A stretch of 64,000 bases of DNA, from assembly GCA_046597605.1 (NCBI GenBank), contig JBKJKE010000008.1:15284-79283 (forward strand). Direction: 5' to 3'. The notes under the pieces are model-generated. The model ran no database searches and had not been told where the DNA came from. It was given only the letters and a program-made list of their open reading frames with translations. Of the stretch, positions 56,308 through 64,000 are shown one piece after another (positions within the stretch are counted from its first letter, which is position 1; every line of letters starts with the position of its first letter). The position numbers and the translations under genes were made by a program. The DNA comes from Limisphaerales bacterium (GTDB lineage Bacteria > Verrucomicrobiota > Verrucomicrobiia > Limisphaerales > JACDHS01).

Positions 56308-57765
56308 TTAAAAGTTAACCAGCAGTTGCAGGTATACGAAGTCTGCATCCTTGGCGCCTCCAACCGGAGCGAGTGAGCCTTCCACGTAATCACCGACAAA
56401 GAAATGACCGTAGCCAAGCTGCGCGTTTGCGTAGGAGGTGATCGCATAGGTGGCGATCGCGTCCACTTCGGAGCCGATGTAGCTGCCTGAGCCAGTATTG
56501 ATGCCATAACCGCCCGCAGTCCGCGGCGCACCGTTCACCTGGTAAAAGAAGTCGCTTTTCTCAGCGAGCCAGAAGGCATGGTAGTCCGCTTGCAAGGTCA
56601 GTTTCGCCAAGGGTTTAAGCGAAGTAGTCAAACGGACGTCGTGAATGTTCTGCCAGGAGACAAAATCCATGTAGCCGTAGAACTTGTGGTTGGTCGGAAA
56701 CAAATTGTCGAACGTTCCATGTTTGTCATCGGTTGGATCATTGTCGCCGGATGCAAAATCATATTCGAGGCCGACCCGTGGTTTGCAGGCGGCGGCGGCG
56801 AAGGTGTAACCGCCAGCAACATGCGATGCGAAAGCTTGATGCTCCAAACGTGAGCTCGCGGGAGAAAATTTGTAACCGCCCCCCTGGGCTGCCGCTTCAG
56901 CGGAATAATCCCAGCCATTAAACTGGTCCGGCAATGACTTTACGCGTGCGCCTACTGTATAGATGTCGCGGGGAGAAGCGCCGGTCAGAAATGGCGGAAG
57001 TCCCGCTCCAATCGTTGTGGGCGAATCGGCGCCCGTATTCCGGGCGAGGAAATAAACCTGGGTTTCCTGCCAGGGGAGAAGCTTCTTGGTGGAGGCATAC
57101 ACGCCAGAGAAAATGTCATAATCGTTGGCGACGTTGAAATTGTGTTCATCGGGGATCACTACTCGGCTGACGAAGGCATCGACCCATCCGAACTCATTTT
57201 CGGCCCGCAATTTTCCTGCATCGAAGACGCGACCCATGTTGCCCCAGTCGAATGTGCCGATCAGGCGCTCGTCGCCATAGGCTAGTTCCTGCCGCCCCAC
57301 CTTGGCGGTGAGCGGAAATGTTTTGGAATTGCCGACCGAGAGATAAGCCTGGTGTAAATCGAAGGTGTCCTGCTCGGGACTCGGTTCGCGACGGTCGTTG
57401 AACGATCTGCTGTCGCGTCCCTCTGCAAAGATGTTGAACCAATCGATCGGCTTGTAGCCCATGTGAATTTTCTCACGGAGTAAGAGGTAGGAATTATCAT
57501 CGATCGGGGTGCTGGCGCTGAAATCCACCGCACCGGGAGTGGTAGGAACGGCGAAGTATTCCCGGTGATCGAAACGCGCCCGAACTTGTCCGCCCAGGTC
57601 CCATTTCTCGAAAGCCGGCGATTGTTCACGTAACCGATCGTTCACCAATCCTGCGCTGGCAGGAGCAGGGGCCGATGGCGCACTGGTTTGGATCGACTCC
57701 TGGGCGTGGCTCGCGGAAATGTAGGCCGCCGATACTAACGTGATGGTCGCAAGGGCAATTTTCAT
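56308..57765 (-). CDS. Outer-membrane beta-barrel protein (alginate-export/AlgE-like family)
   Basis: Signal peptide ..ISASHAQ. WDLGGQVRARFDHREYF-type strands throughout. Terminal ..YLQLLVNF. Its start is 2 nt after the senC stop. Confidence 0.7.
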   Translation of the reverse strand: MKIALATITLVSAAYISASHAQESIQTSAPSAPAPASAGLVNDRLREQSPAFEKWDLGGQVRARFDHREYFAVPTTPGAVDFSASTPIDDNSYLLLREKIHMGYKPIDWFNIFAEGRDSRSFNDRREPSPEQDTFDLHQAYLSVGNSKTFPLTAKVGRQELAYGDERLIGTFDWGNMGRVFDAGKLRAENEFGWVDAFVSRVVIPDEHNFNVANDYDIFSGVYASTKKLLPWQETQVYFLARNTGADSPTTIGAGLPPFLTGASPRDIYTVGARVKSLPDQFNGWDYSAEAAAQGGGYKFSPASSRLEHQAFASHVAGGYTFAAAACKPRVGLEYDFASGDNDPTDDKHGTFDNLFPTNHKFYGYMDFVSWQNIHDVRLTTSLKPLAKLTLQADYHAFWLAEKSDFFYQVNGAPRTAGGYGINTGSGSYIGSEVDAIATYAITSYANAQLGYGHFFVGDYVEGSLAPVGGAKDADFVYLQLLVNF

Positions 57766-57767
57766 TT

Positions 57768-58421
57768 TTACTTTTGGGCGGATGGACTGCTGAGCAAGGC
57801 GAGACCGCCTACAGTGCGGACCGTCTCGTCAACGGATTGATTCAAGCCAACCTGTTGATGCACGATTTCACCTTCGGCATTCAGCAGGGTAATAATGTTG
57901 GAATGCACAAACTGGCCCCGGGCATCTTTCTTATATTTCACTCCCAGCAAGGCCGCCAGCTCCAGAACGTCATCCGCGTTGCCGCTTAACAAGTTCCAAT
58001 CAGCACGAATGCTCTGGGCAGAGCGAAACGTTTTCAGGGCAGCGGGGGTGTCTCGCGCAGTGTCGAATGAAACAAAGGTCACGCGCACTTTTCCTCGCCA
58101 CGCCTGGGGCAATGCGTCCTCGATGCGCTGCACATCATGGAGAAGAATCGGACAGGCAAACTCACAACTCGCGAAAAACATCGTGATCAATTGCGGGCGA
58201 CCACGCCACTCGTTCAGGACAACGGCATTGCCGCCGTCGTTGGTCCAGGTCGATTCAACCTGATAAAGCGATTTGTCACTTAAGGTCTTCTTTACTTCGG
58301 ACACTTCGGCAACCGATTCACTGCAACAGTTGGCTTTGGCCTCTGCAGGTTTATGCACGCAGGAGACGAATGAGAGAGCCAGTGCCGCGGCAAATAAATA
58401 AAATGATGGTCGTGGTTTCAT
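57768..58421 (-). CDS. senC: SCO1/SenC-family copper chaperone (thioredoxin fold)
   Basis: Lipoprotein-type signal MKPRPSFYLFAAALALSFVSC. Metal-binding CEFACP (CxxxC) plus a downstream conserved His (FVHS). ATG 58421 forms an ATGA overlap with the upstream stop. Confidence 0.85.
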   Translation of the reverse strand: MKPRPSFYLFAAALALSFVSCVHKPAEAKANCCSESVAEVSEVKKTLSDKSLYQVESTWTNDGGNAVVLNEWRGRPQLITMFFASCEFACPILLHDVQRIEDALPQAWRGKVRVTFVSFDTARDTPAALKTFRSAQSIRADWNLLSGNADDVLELAALLGVKYKKDARGQFVHSNIITLLNAEGEIVHQQVGLNQSVDETVRTVGGLALLSSPSAQK

Positions 58422-59233
58422 AAGTCTTTGGCGCAACGGAATCCCAGATTATGAACGGTGTAGCTCGCCTGCAGGCTGCTGCGGAATCCGTAGCGCATAA
58501 ACGCGGGAAAATTGTCACGATCCTTGGCCCCTTCCGAGCCGCCACCGCAAAACAATTGGCGGTCCAACCCGGTATCGCCGCGAGCATCGCCTGTGACCAT
58601 CGCCGTATTGAAGTCCGCCACCCATTCCCAAATCAAGCCATGGAGATCATGCGCACCGATGTAATTGGCCCGGCCCAACCCAGCCACTGGCAATACTTGC
58701 GGTGATGGCACCGAATACCAGCGTTGGATCTGCCGCGTGAATGCAGGGTCGTTATTGCCATCGATGCGCGTGGGACTGGCGGTCGCTGCGTATTCCCATT
58801 CGGCGGTGGTGGGAAGACGCTTTCCTTTCCAGGAGCAATAGGCTTTTGCGGCGAACCACGATACGTGGGTGGCCGGGACGTTCGTGCCATTGTTGGTGCC
58901 TAATGCAAGATCTCCCGCCCACAGTTTCAAATATTGATCATCTGCGAAGAGGCGTTTGACCTGGGATCGGCGCCACTTCGGATTGGCGCGGACGAATTCG
59001 AGGAACTGGCCATTGCTCACAGGGTACACATCAAGCGAGAACGCCTGCACCAGGACGTTGGTGGGATCCTTTTCGGCGCGAAACAAGGGGACGTAAACGC
59101 CCGCGGGAACTGAGACCATTTTCTCTGGGAGCGGGATGCTGAAGGGTTCTTGCGCGGGCGCTTGTGAGAACAACAGCAGCGCGCACAGGAGTGCGGAGGC
59201 GGACTGCTTTGTTTTCACGTGTTTCATTTTCAT
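58418..59233 (-). CDS. nirV: Formylglycine-generating-enzyme (SUMF1) family protein, NirV-like
   Basis: Signal peptide. FGE-sulfatase domain motifs (FSLDVYPVSNGQFLEFV, HVSWFAAKAYCSWKGKRLPTTAEWEYAA, LGFRCAKD). Directly downstream of nirK, as nirV is in other denitrifiers. Confidence 0.75.
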   Translation of the reverse strand: MKMKHVKTKQSASALLCALLLFSQAPAQEPFSIPLPEKMVSVPAGVYVPLFRAEKDPTNVLVQAFSLDVYPVSNGQFLEFVRANPKWRRSQVKRLFADDQYLKLWAGDLALGTNNGTNVPATHVSWFAAKAYCSWKGKRLPTTAEWEYAATASPTRIDGNNDPAFTRQIQRWYSVPSPQVLPVAGLGRANYIGAHDLHGLIWEWVADFNTAMVTGDARGDTGLDRQLFCGGGSEGAKDRDNFPAFMRYGFRSSLQASYTVHNLGFRCAKDL

Positions 59234-59251
59234 GGGCTCGCTCGCGCGAGG

Positions 59252-60790
59252 TTACTCGAAACTGTTCACAACCGGGGCGGGTGATTCGCTCCGCACTTTG
59301 CGCACCTCCGGAGGAAGCACGGCGTCGCCTGCGTTGCCGAAACTGTTGCGCACGTAGGTGAGCACGTTGGCAACTTCCTCATCGGAAAGGTTGTTCAGAG
59401 GAACCATCACACCGTTGTATTTCTTTTCATTCACGGCAATTTCACCAGACAGCCCTTGCAGCACGATGCGGATGGAGCGGTCCTTGTCTGCCATCAGGAA
59501 ATCAGCTTTGGCGAGCGGCGGAATGGTGTTGGGAATGCCTTCGCCCGACATTTGATGGCACACGAAGCAGGTTTGCATGAAGACCTGCTTTCCTTTGGCG
59601 ATTTGGATGTCCTTGGTCAGACCGGCAATCTTGGTGTCTGTTTTGATCGCTTCCTTGACCTGCGCCTGCAAGGCGGCGACTTCCTTGCCTGCCTCCAAAC
59701 CTGCCGGGCCCTGGCTACCGAGGTAGACGGAGTCTACTTCTTTGCCCGAATAGACGATGAGATCTTCGGGACCGGTCACTTTCAACATTCCTAATGCGCC
59801 CTTGTTGAAGGCGCGGAACAGGGCGTGGTCGACCATGATGTAGGTACCAGGAACTTCCACTTTGAAATCCACCATTGCGGAACCGCCCGCTGGAATCATG
59901 GTGGTCTGGACGTTGCGAGAAGAAGGAACGGTGCTGCCTTCCGGGTAGACGCGATCAAAAATTTCACCGATGACGTGGAAGGAAGAACTTAGGTTCGGAC
60001 CGCCATTCCCAACATATAAGCGCACTGTTTCACCTACTTTGGCTGTGATTGCTTTGTCGCCGACCAGGGAACTAACGGCACCGTTGAACACAACGTAAGT
60101 GGGTCTTTCATCCACCGCCTTGTTCTGATCAAAGAATTGCAGTCCCTCATCCCCGAACTTTCCACCGGTATAGAACTCGCCCTGCATGACATAATACTCC
60201 TTGTCCACCGGCGGAAGTCCTTCTTTCGGTTCCACCAGGATCAAGCCATACATCCCGTTCGCCACGTGCATTCCGACTGGAGCCGTCGCGCAGTGATAAA
60301 CATAAAGCCCGGGATTTAACGCTTTGAACGAAAACTGCGAGCTATGTCCCGGAGCGGTGAACGAAGATGAGGCGCCACCACCAGGGCCGGTCACCGCGTG
60401 GAGATCAATGTTATGCGGCATCTTGCTGGTCGGATGATTATTTAAGTGGAACTCCACGAGATCACCTTCACGGATCCGAATGAAACTTCCCGGCACATCT
60501 CCTCCGAACGTCCAGAACAAGTACTCCACTCCATCAGCCAGCCGTTTCACCACCTCTTGAACTTCCAGCTTTACGATGACTTTGGTCGGATGCGTCCTTT
60601 TGATCGGCGGTGGAACCAGTGGTGCCTGGGTGAGAACTGCGTTCTCTTCTCCGATTATCGTCGGATCGACTCCTTTCGCGTCCGGCCCACGTGACTTGAC
60701 TGCTTCTTCTGCGGCAAAGGATTCCGCGGCTGGAAGCAGGAATAGCAATCCGGCAAGCGCCGCGCATCTCAGTAACCTGTTTGTTCTCAT
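59252..60790 (-). CDS. nirK: Copper-containing nitrite reductase NirK with C-terminal cytochrome c domain
   Basis: Signal peptide. Cupredoxin motifs [13 protein letters not shown] and [20 protein letters not shown] (T1/T2 Cu ligands). C-terminal CFVCHQ haem-binding CxxCH domain. Confidence 0.92.
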   Translation of the reverse strand: MRTNRLLRCAALAGLLFLLPAAESFAAEEAVKSRGPDAKGVDPTIIGEENAVLTQAPLVPPPIKRTHPTKVIVKLEVQEVVKRLADGVEYLFWTFGGDVPGSFIRIREGDLVEFHLNNHPTSKMPHNIDLHAVTGPGGGASSSFTAPGHSSQFSFKALNPGLYVYHCATAPVGMHVANGMYGLILVEPKEGLPPVDKEYYVMQGEFYTGGKFGDEGLQFFDQNKAVDERPTYVVFNGAVSSLVGDKAITAKVGETVRLYVGNGGPNLSSSFHVIGEIFDRVYPEGSTVPSSRNVQTTMIPAGGSAMVDFKVEVPGTYIMVDHALFRAFNKGALGMLKVTGPEDLIVYSGKEVDSVYLGSQGPAGLEAGKEVAALQAQVKEAIKTDTKIAGLTKDIQIAKGKQVFMQTCFVCHQMSGEGIPNTIPPLAKADFLMADKDRSIRIVLQGLSGEIAVNEKKYNGVMVPLNNLSDEEVANVLTYVRNSFGNAGDAVLPPEVRKVRSESPAPVVNSFE

Positions 60791-61093
60791 ATAGGCAGCT
60801 TAGGGATGCTAGAAAGCATTGCACAGCGTCCATTGGCAACGACTGCACATATATTGTTATCGGTAATCACCCCGAGTGTTCGGGTAAAACCGTGCCCTAG
60901 GTCCACCGCCATTAGTCAAGGGGATCGGTGCCTTCTTGAGGGCCAATGCCTGTTTTGTAACTAGCTTGGGTGGGAGCGGGGGTGGAGGCCCAGGAATTTG
61001 GCCGAACATGAGAAAAGCGCCAAGGCCCGGCTTATTCTTCCTTTCCGCATTCCTGGGGCGTTGCCCGACTGCTAGTTGAGAAGCTGCTCAGCT

Positions 61094-62071
61094 CTATCTG
61101 AACGACGCTGGTCGGGATGTCGCTGCGCGATATAACGGTATGTCCTGTCGCAAGGGTTTTGAGGCGACGTAAAGCTTCAAGTGCTCGGAAAGCTTTTCCG
61201 CCGATTCCAGCGGCCCTTTGGCTTTGAGAGTGGGAAGGATTTCTTCCAGAGTCCGGCGAGCTTCCACGAACCTGCCACCACTCGCATAAGCGGCAGCAAG
61301 AGCATCGTAATAACGCGGCGAACGATCACCCAGTTGCATCGCTTTTAGAGCAAGATCCAAAGCTTCCTTGGGATTCCGGACGCTTGAGTCAGGGTGAATT
61401 GCCAGGATAGCAGCGAGGTTGCAGAGAGGATCAGCCCAGGTTGGAGCAAGCCGAATAGCAATGCGCCAGGCATTAATTGCTTCGAACGTTTTCTGCTCTT
61501 TGAGCAGGGCAAAACCGTTCTCGTAATGTTTCTCAGCCGCCTGCATCCAAATTTGTTTTGCTTCCGCCATGCTCGGGCTGTTCTCCAGCTCCGGATGGCT
61601 CTTCCGAATTTCCATCAGGTTGGCGATGAGGTCGGTATCCTCGGGCGTCAATCTCAATGCCGTCGCGCAGTGCAGGATGGCTTTCGGGACCTCGCCCTTG
61701 TGGTAGAACGCCACGGACAAATTGTTAAGGATTTTTGGTGAATTCCGCCGCAATCTCACAGCTATTTCTCCATGCTTGATCGCTTCGTCCCATTGTTCTG
61801 CCTCGCAAAACAACCGGGTAAGATTTGCATGGGCCTCGAAGTATTGCGGTACAGCACGCACCGCCTCCTGATACGCCTGAATGGCACCCGCCTTGTCCCC
61901 CCTGCGTTCCAGGATCATTCCTTTGTTCCAGTGGGGGATACCGGGGGTCAGGTCAGCGGTGCGGGAGATAAATTCTGTCTGAGATTCGTCAGCAGCAGTG
62001 GCAATTGGCTGAGCATTGCCGCCTTTCTTGAGGGACTTGAGAGCCCAAAAAGCTGTTTCGAACACGTTCAT
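61094..62071 (-). CDS. Tetratricopeptide-repeat protein
   Basis: Successive 34-aa A-x-x-Y/A-x-P patterns (AIQAYQEAVRAVPQYFEAHANL, AILHCATALRLTPED, AINAWRIAIRLAPTWADP, YDALAAAYASGGRFVEA). Confidence 0.8.
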   Translation of the reverse strand: MNVFETAFWALKSLKKGGNAQPIATAADESQTEFISRTADLTPGIPHWNKGMILERRGDKAGAIQAYQEAVRAVPQYFEAHANLTRLFCEAEQWDEAIKHGEIAVRLRRNSPKILNNLSVAFYHKGEVPKAILHCATALRLTPEDTDLIANLMEIRKSHPELENSPSMAEAKQIWMQAAEKHYENGFALLKEQKTFEAINAWRIAIRLAPTWADPLCNLAAILAIHPDSSVRNPKEALDLALKAMQLGDRSPRYYDALAAAYASGGRFVEARRTLEEILPTLKAKGPLESAEKLSEHLKLYVASKPLRQDIPLYRAATSRPASFR

Positions 62072-62383
62072 TACGGATAGGTGCGGGGATTGTATTGAAA
62101 GGGGACACCGGATTCAAGGTAGACAATATCAAATGTGGTCGGCCACCGCAAACTCTCACCGTAGGATCAATGCAGGCACGCAGGCGTCACGAGATCACCC
62201 CGAAGTGGTGTGTTAGAGCTGTGCGAGGGGCAAGGTCATATGAAGGATCGAGCCTTTTTCGGATTGGCTGGAGATGGTTGCCGTACCGGAAATGGCCTCC
62301 ATGCTTTTGCGAATATTGCTGAGTCCGTTAAAATCGCACATTTTTGACCCGCCGCACGCTGTTCTTTTCTTGTTCTGTTCCTT

Positions 62384-63004
62384 TTACTTTACTGAAAACA
62401 CGGAAAGATCATCGAATCGAATGGGGGTTCCAGCAAAGGGGGTTCCCGAAATCGAGGCCTTGCCCGCGTCTAACTTCGCGTTTTCATTAAACGAGATTTC
62501 AATCGAATTAGTTCCTGATTGAGAAACTTTTCCAAGCAGTTTTATCCCGCTGTCAGTGGTGCTCGCTGTGAGATTCAGATCGGTCCATTCTCCCGATTTC
62601 CATGTATACTGGCTGGTTTGGACGACTGTATCGCCATTTAAAAGCTCGATGGCTTTTTTGGCGGGCGATACCTGGAGCTTATAACCTCCAACCCCGTTGA
62701 GAGCTATGGAAAAGGCGGGCATACGGCGACCTTTTGAGGTTGCGAAGACTCTCGCCGAAACACCATTCGCGTTCGTCGAAGGTCCGAACATAACGGTGTA
62801 TGTGTCGGTGGGGGTCCCCGGTAGCTCGAGAAGCTTGTTTGTACCCTCTTCGTGTACCGTGAACTGCCCATCCAGAACCATTAAATCATCCGGGACCTTG
62901 CCGATCTCGGCCTTTTGAAAATCATTCGTGTAAAGAACCTCGGCATGGATTGTGCAGGTCAGCAGCACGAGCGATGCGATCACTGTGGCGGAAGTTTTCT
63001 TCAT
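62384..63004 (-). CDS. Secreted beta-sandwich protein, function unknown (lectin/DUF1080-like by composition)
   Basis: Signal peptide MKKTSATVIASLVLLTCTIHA. All-beta pattern with W..G.W and FDDLSVF near the C-terminus. 3 nt from the upstream permease stop. Confidence 0.55.
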   Translation of the reverse strand: MKKTSATVIASLVLLTCTIHAEVLYTNDFQKAEIGKVPDDLMVLDGQFTVHEEGTNKLLELPGTPTDTYTVMFGPSTNANGVSARVFATSKGRRMPAFSIALNGVGGYKLQVSPAKKAIELLNGDTVVQTSQYTWKSGEWTDLNLTASTTDSGIKLLGKVSQSGTNSIEISFNENAKLDAGKASISGTPFAGTPIRFDDLSVFSVK

Positions 63005-63007
63005 AAA

Positions 63008-64000
63008 TTATTCGTTGCGCAATGCTTTGAGTAGTTCACCGCGGAGTGAGAAATTGGTTGCGACCCAGGTCGAAAGCAGGCCACAGAACAAAATTGCTCC
63101 GAGCAGGAAACTGAGAAACAGAAACGGAAGCTCACTGCCCCGGAAGACCAAGCTCGGCACAACGGCAATCAAGGCGCCGGTGATTCCGATCCCCAGGCCC
63201 AACCATAGTAGCAGAATGTGCTCACGCAAAACCAATTGGCGTAACATCTTTTTGCGAAATCCAAGCGCTTGAAGGGTCGCGAATTCATTGCGGCGCTCAA
63301 ACACGTTTCGCAGCACGACAATCCCCAATCCTGCACTCCCAAGGAGCAATCCGAGGCCACCAAGAATTTGGAAAGTATTCAAATAAGTATTTTGCACCGC
63401 ATTAAATGCAGCCAGGCGCTCGTCCGCGGCCGTGAGCTCCAAGCCAACATCGCGCAACGCGCGCGCGAATGTCTGCAAAATTGCGCTTCGGGTTTTAGAC
63501 GGTGCATCAATGAGGAACATTCGATACCCGGCTTCAGACGGGAACTTCTCAACGAACGCTTTTTCATCGATAAGCAGGCTTCCTTGCAAAATGGAATTGG
63601 CCACGCTCCCTACAATTCGAATCTTAAATTTATTTCCGCGTTGATCTGTATAGTCAATGAGGTCTCCCACACTCTTGCCCATGGCATACTTGATGGAGGC
63701 TGCGTCGCCGATCGCAGGAATCTCGTCCGTGGTGGGGTTAGTCAGGAGATTCCATGGATTCGAAATTGTCTCCCCGCCGATAGTTTTTACGAATGTGAAC
63801 GATTTACGCGAGGCCAGTGCCTGTGGATCCACCCCGAGAAGACGGGGCCGTTGTGCAAGGTTCAAGTTCAGGCAACTCGCATCATCGCCGTCCCTGACCC
63901 GCAATGAAACGATATTGACCCCGGCAAGGTCTGACTCTTCCAGTCCGAAGAAGGCACGACCTGCTGGCGCATCCAAACTCTTAATCACGGGAAAAGCGGC
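63008..64000 (-). CDS. ABC-transporter permease, FtsX/MacB-like (C-terminal part; gene continues beyond the window)
   Basis: FtsX domain: FQILGGLGLLLGSAGLGIVVLRNVFERRNEFATLQALGFRKKML..LLWLGLGIGITGALIAV. The frame is open to the window end. Confidence 0.85.
   Translation of the reverse strand, partial: AAFPVIKSLDAPAGRAFFGLEESDLAGVNIVSLRVRDGDDASCLNLNLAQRPRLLGVDPQALASRKSFTFVKTIGGETISNPWNLLTNPTTDEIPAIGDAASIKYAMGKSVGDLIDYTDQRGNKFKIRIVGSVANSILQGSLLIDEKAFVEKFPSEAGYRMFLIDAPSKTRSAILQTFARALRDVGLELTAADERLAAFNAVQNTYLNTFQILGGLGLLLGSAGLGIVVLRNVFERRNEFATLQALGFRKKMLRQLVLREHILLLWLGLGIGITGALIAVVPSLVFRGSELPFLFLSFLLGAILFCGLLSTWVATNFSLRGELLKALRNE

Noticed and set aside
60834-60848. TGGCAA-N4-TGCA near the nirK start as a sigma-54 promoter
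   Set aside because: The GG-to-GC spacing is 9 rather than the consensus 11, and the element is on the plus strand pointing away from nirK.

Overview
This 64-kb chromosomal segment looks like a PVC-superphylum bacterium, most likely Verrucomicrobiota. That placement is inferred only from gene content and protein architecture (zinc-ribbon Ser/Thr kinases, an ECF sigma factor, porin types). Recognisable genes, in order: nfeD-floA, a NifS/IscS-like protein, an ECF sigma factor with two tandem Ser/Thr kinases, a GT2-like glycosyltransferase, fabG-acpP-fabF, thymidine phosphorylase, hflX, a secreted BNR/LamG protein, a TonB-dependent receptor, a C39-like peptidase, an aldolase/oxidoreductase pair, pncB, an RND-MFP-TolC efflux operon, a porin, a Xer-type recombinase and tRNA-Phe. 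These are followed by a 7.3-kb integrative element bounded by a 53-bp direct repeat of the tRNA-Phe 3' half. Next comes a dense signalling block: a NarL-type response regulator, a REC-PAS-histidine kinase hybrid, a CheY-like response regulator, a PocR-AraC regulator, two cNMP-binding paralogues without an HTH, a tandem USP and a radical SAM protein. The window ends with decayed IS630 and ECF-sigma remnants, a nirK(cytochrome c fusion)-nirV-senC-outer-membrane-barrel operon, a TPR protein, a secreted protein and a partial FtsX-type permease. The most unusual signal is non-coding. Four intergenic tandem arrays (at about 7.6, 14.7, 30.5 and 55.0 kb) have strictly periodic 41-43 bp units, each built around a short perfect or near-perfect palindrome. 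They have no spacers and no cas genes, and total roughly 1.3 kb. Arrays 3 and 4 are clearly homologous and arrays 1 and 2 share a core, so this looks like one hairpin-repeat family rather than four coincidences. Other items worth a second look: the NifS-like protein has Arg at the PLP-lysine position, the tRNA-Phe island carries uncharacterised cargo, and the nirK operon has a small Cys-rich periplasmic protein nearby. All calls come from reading the sequence and the supplied translations; no searches were run.
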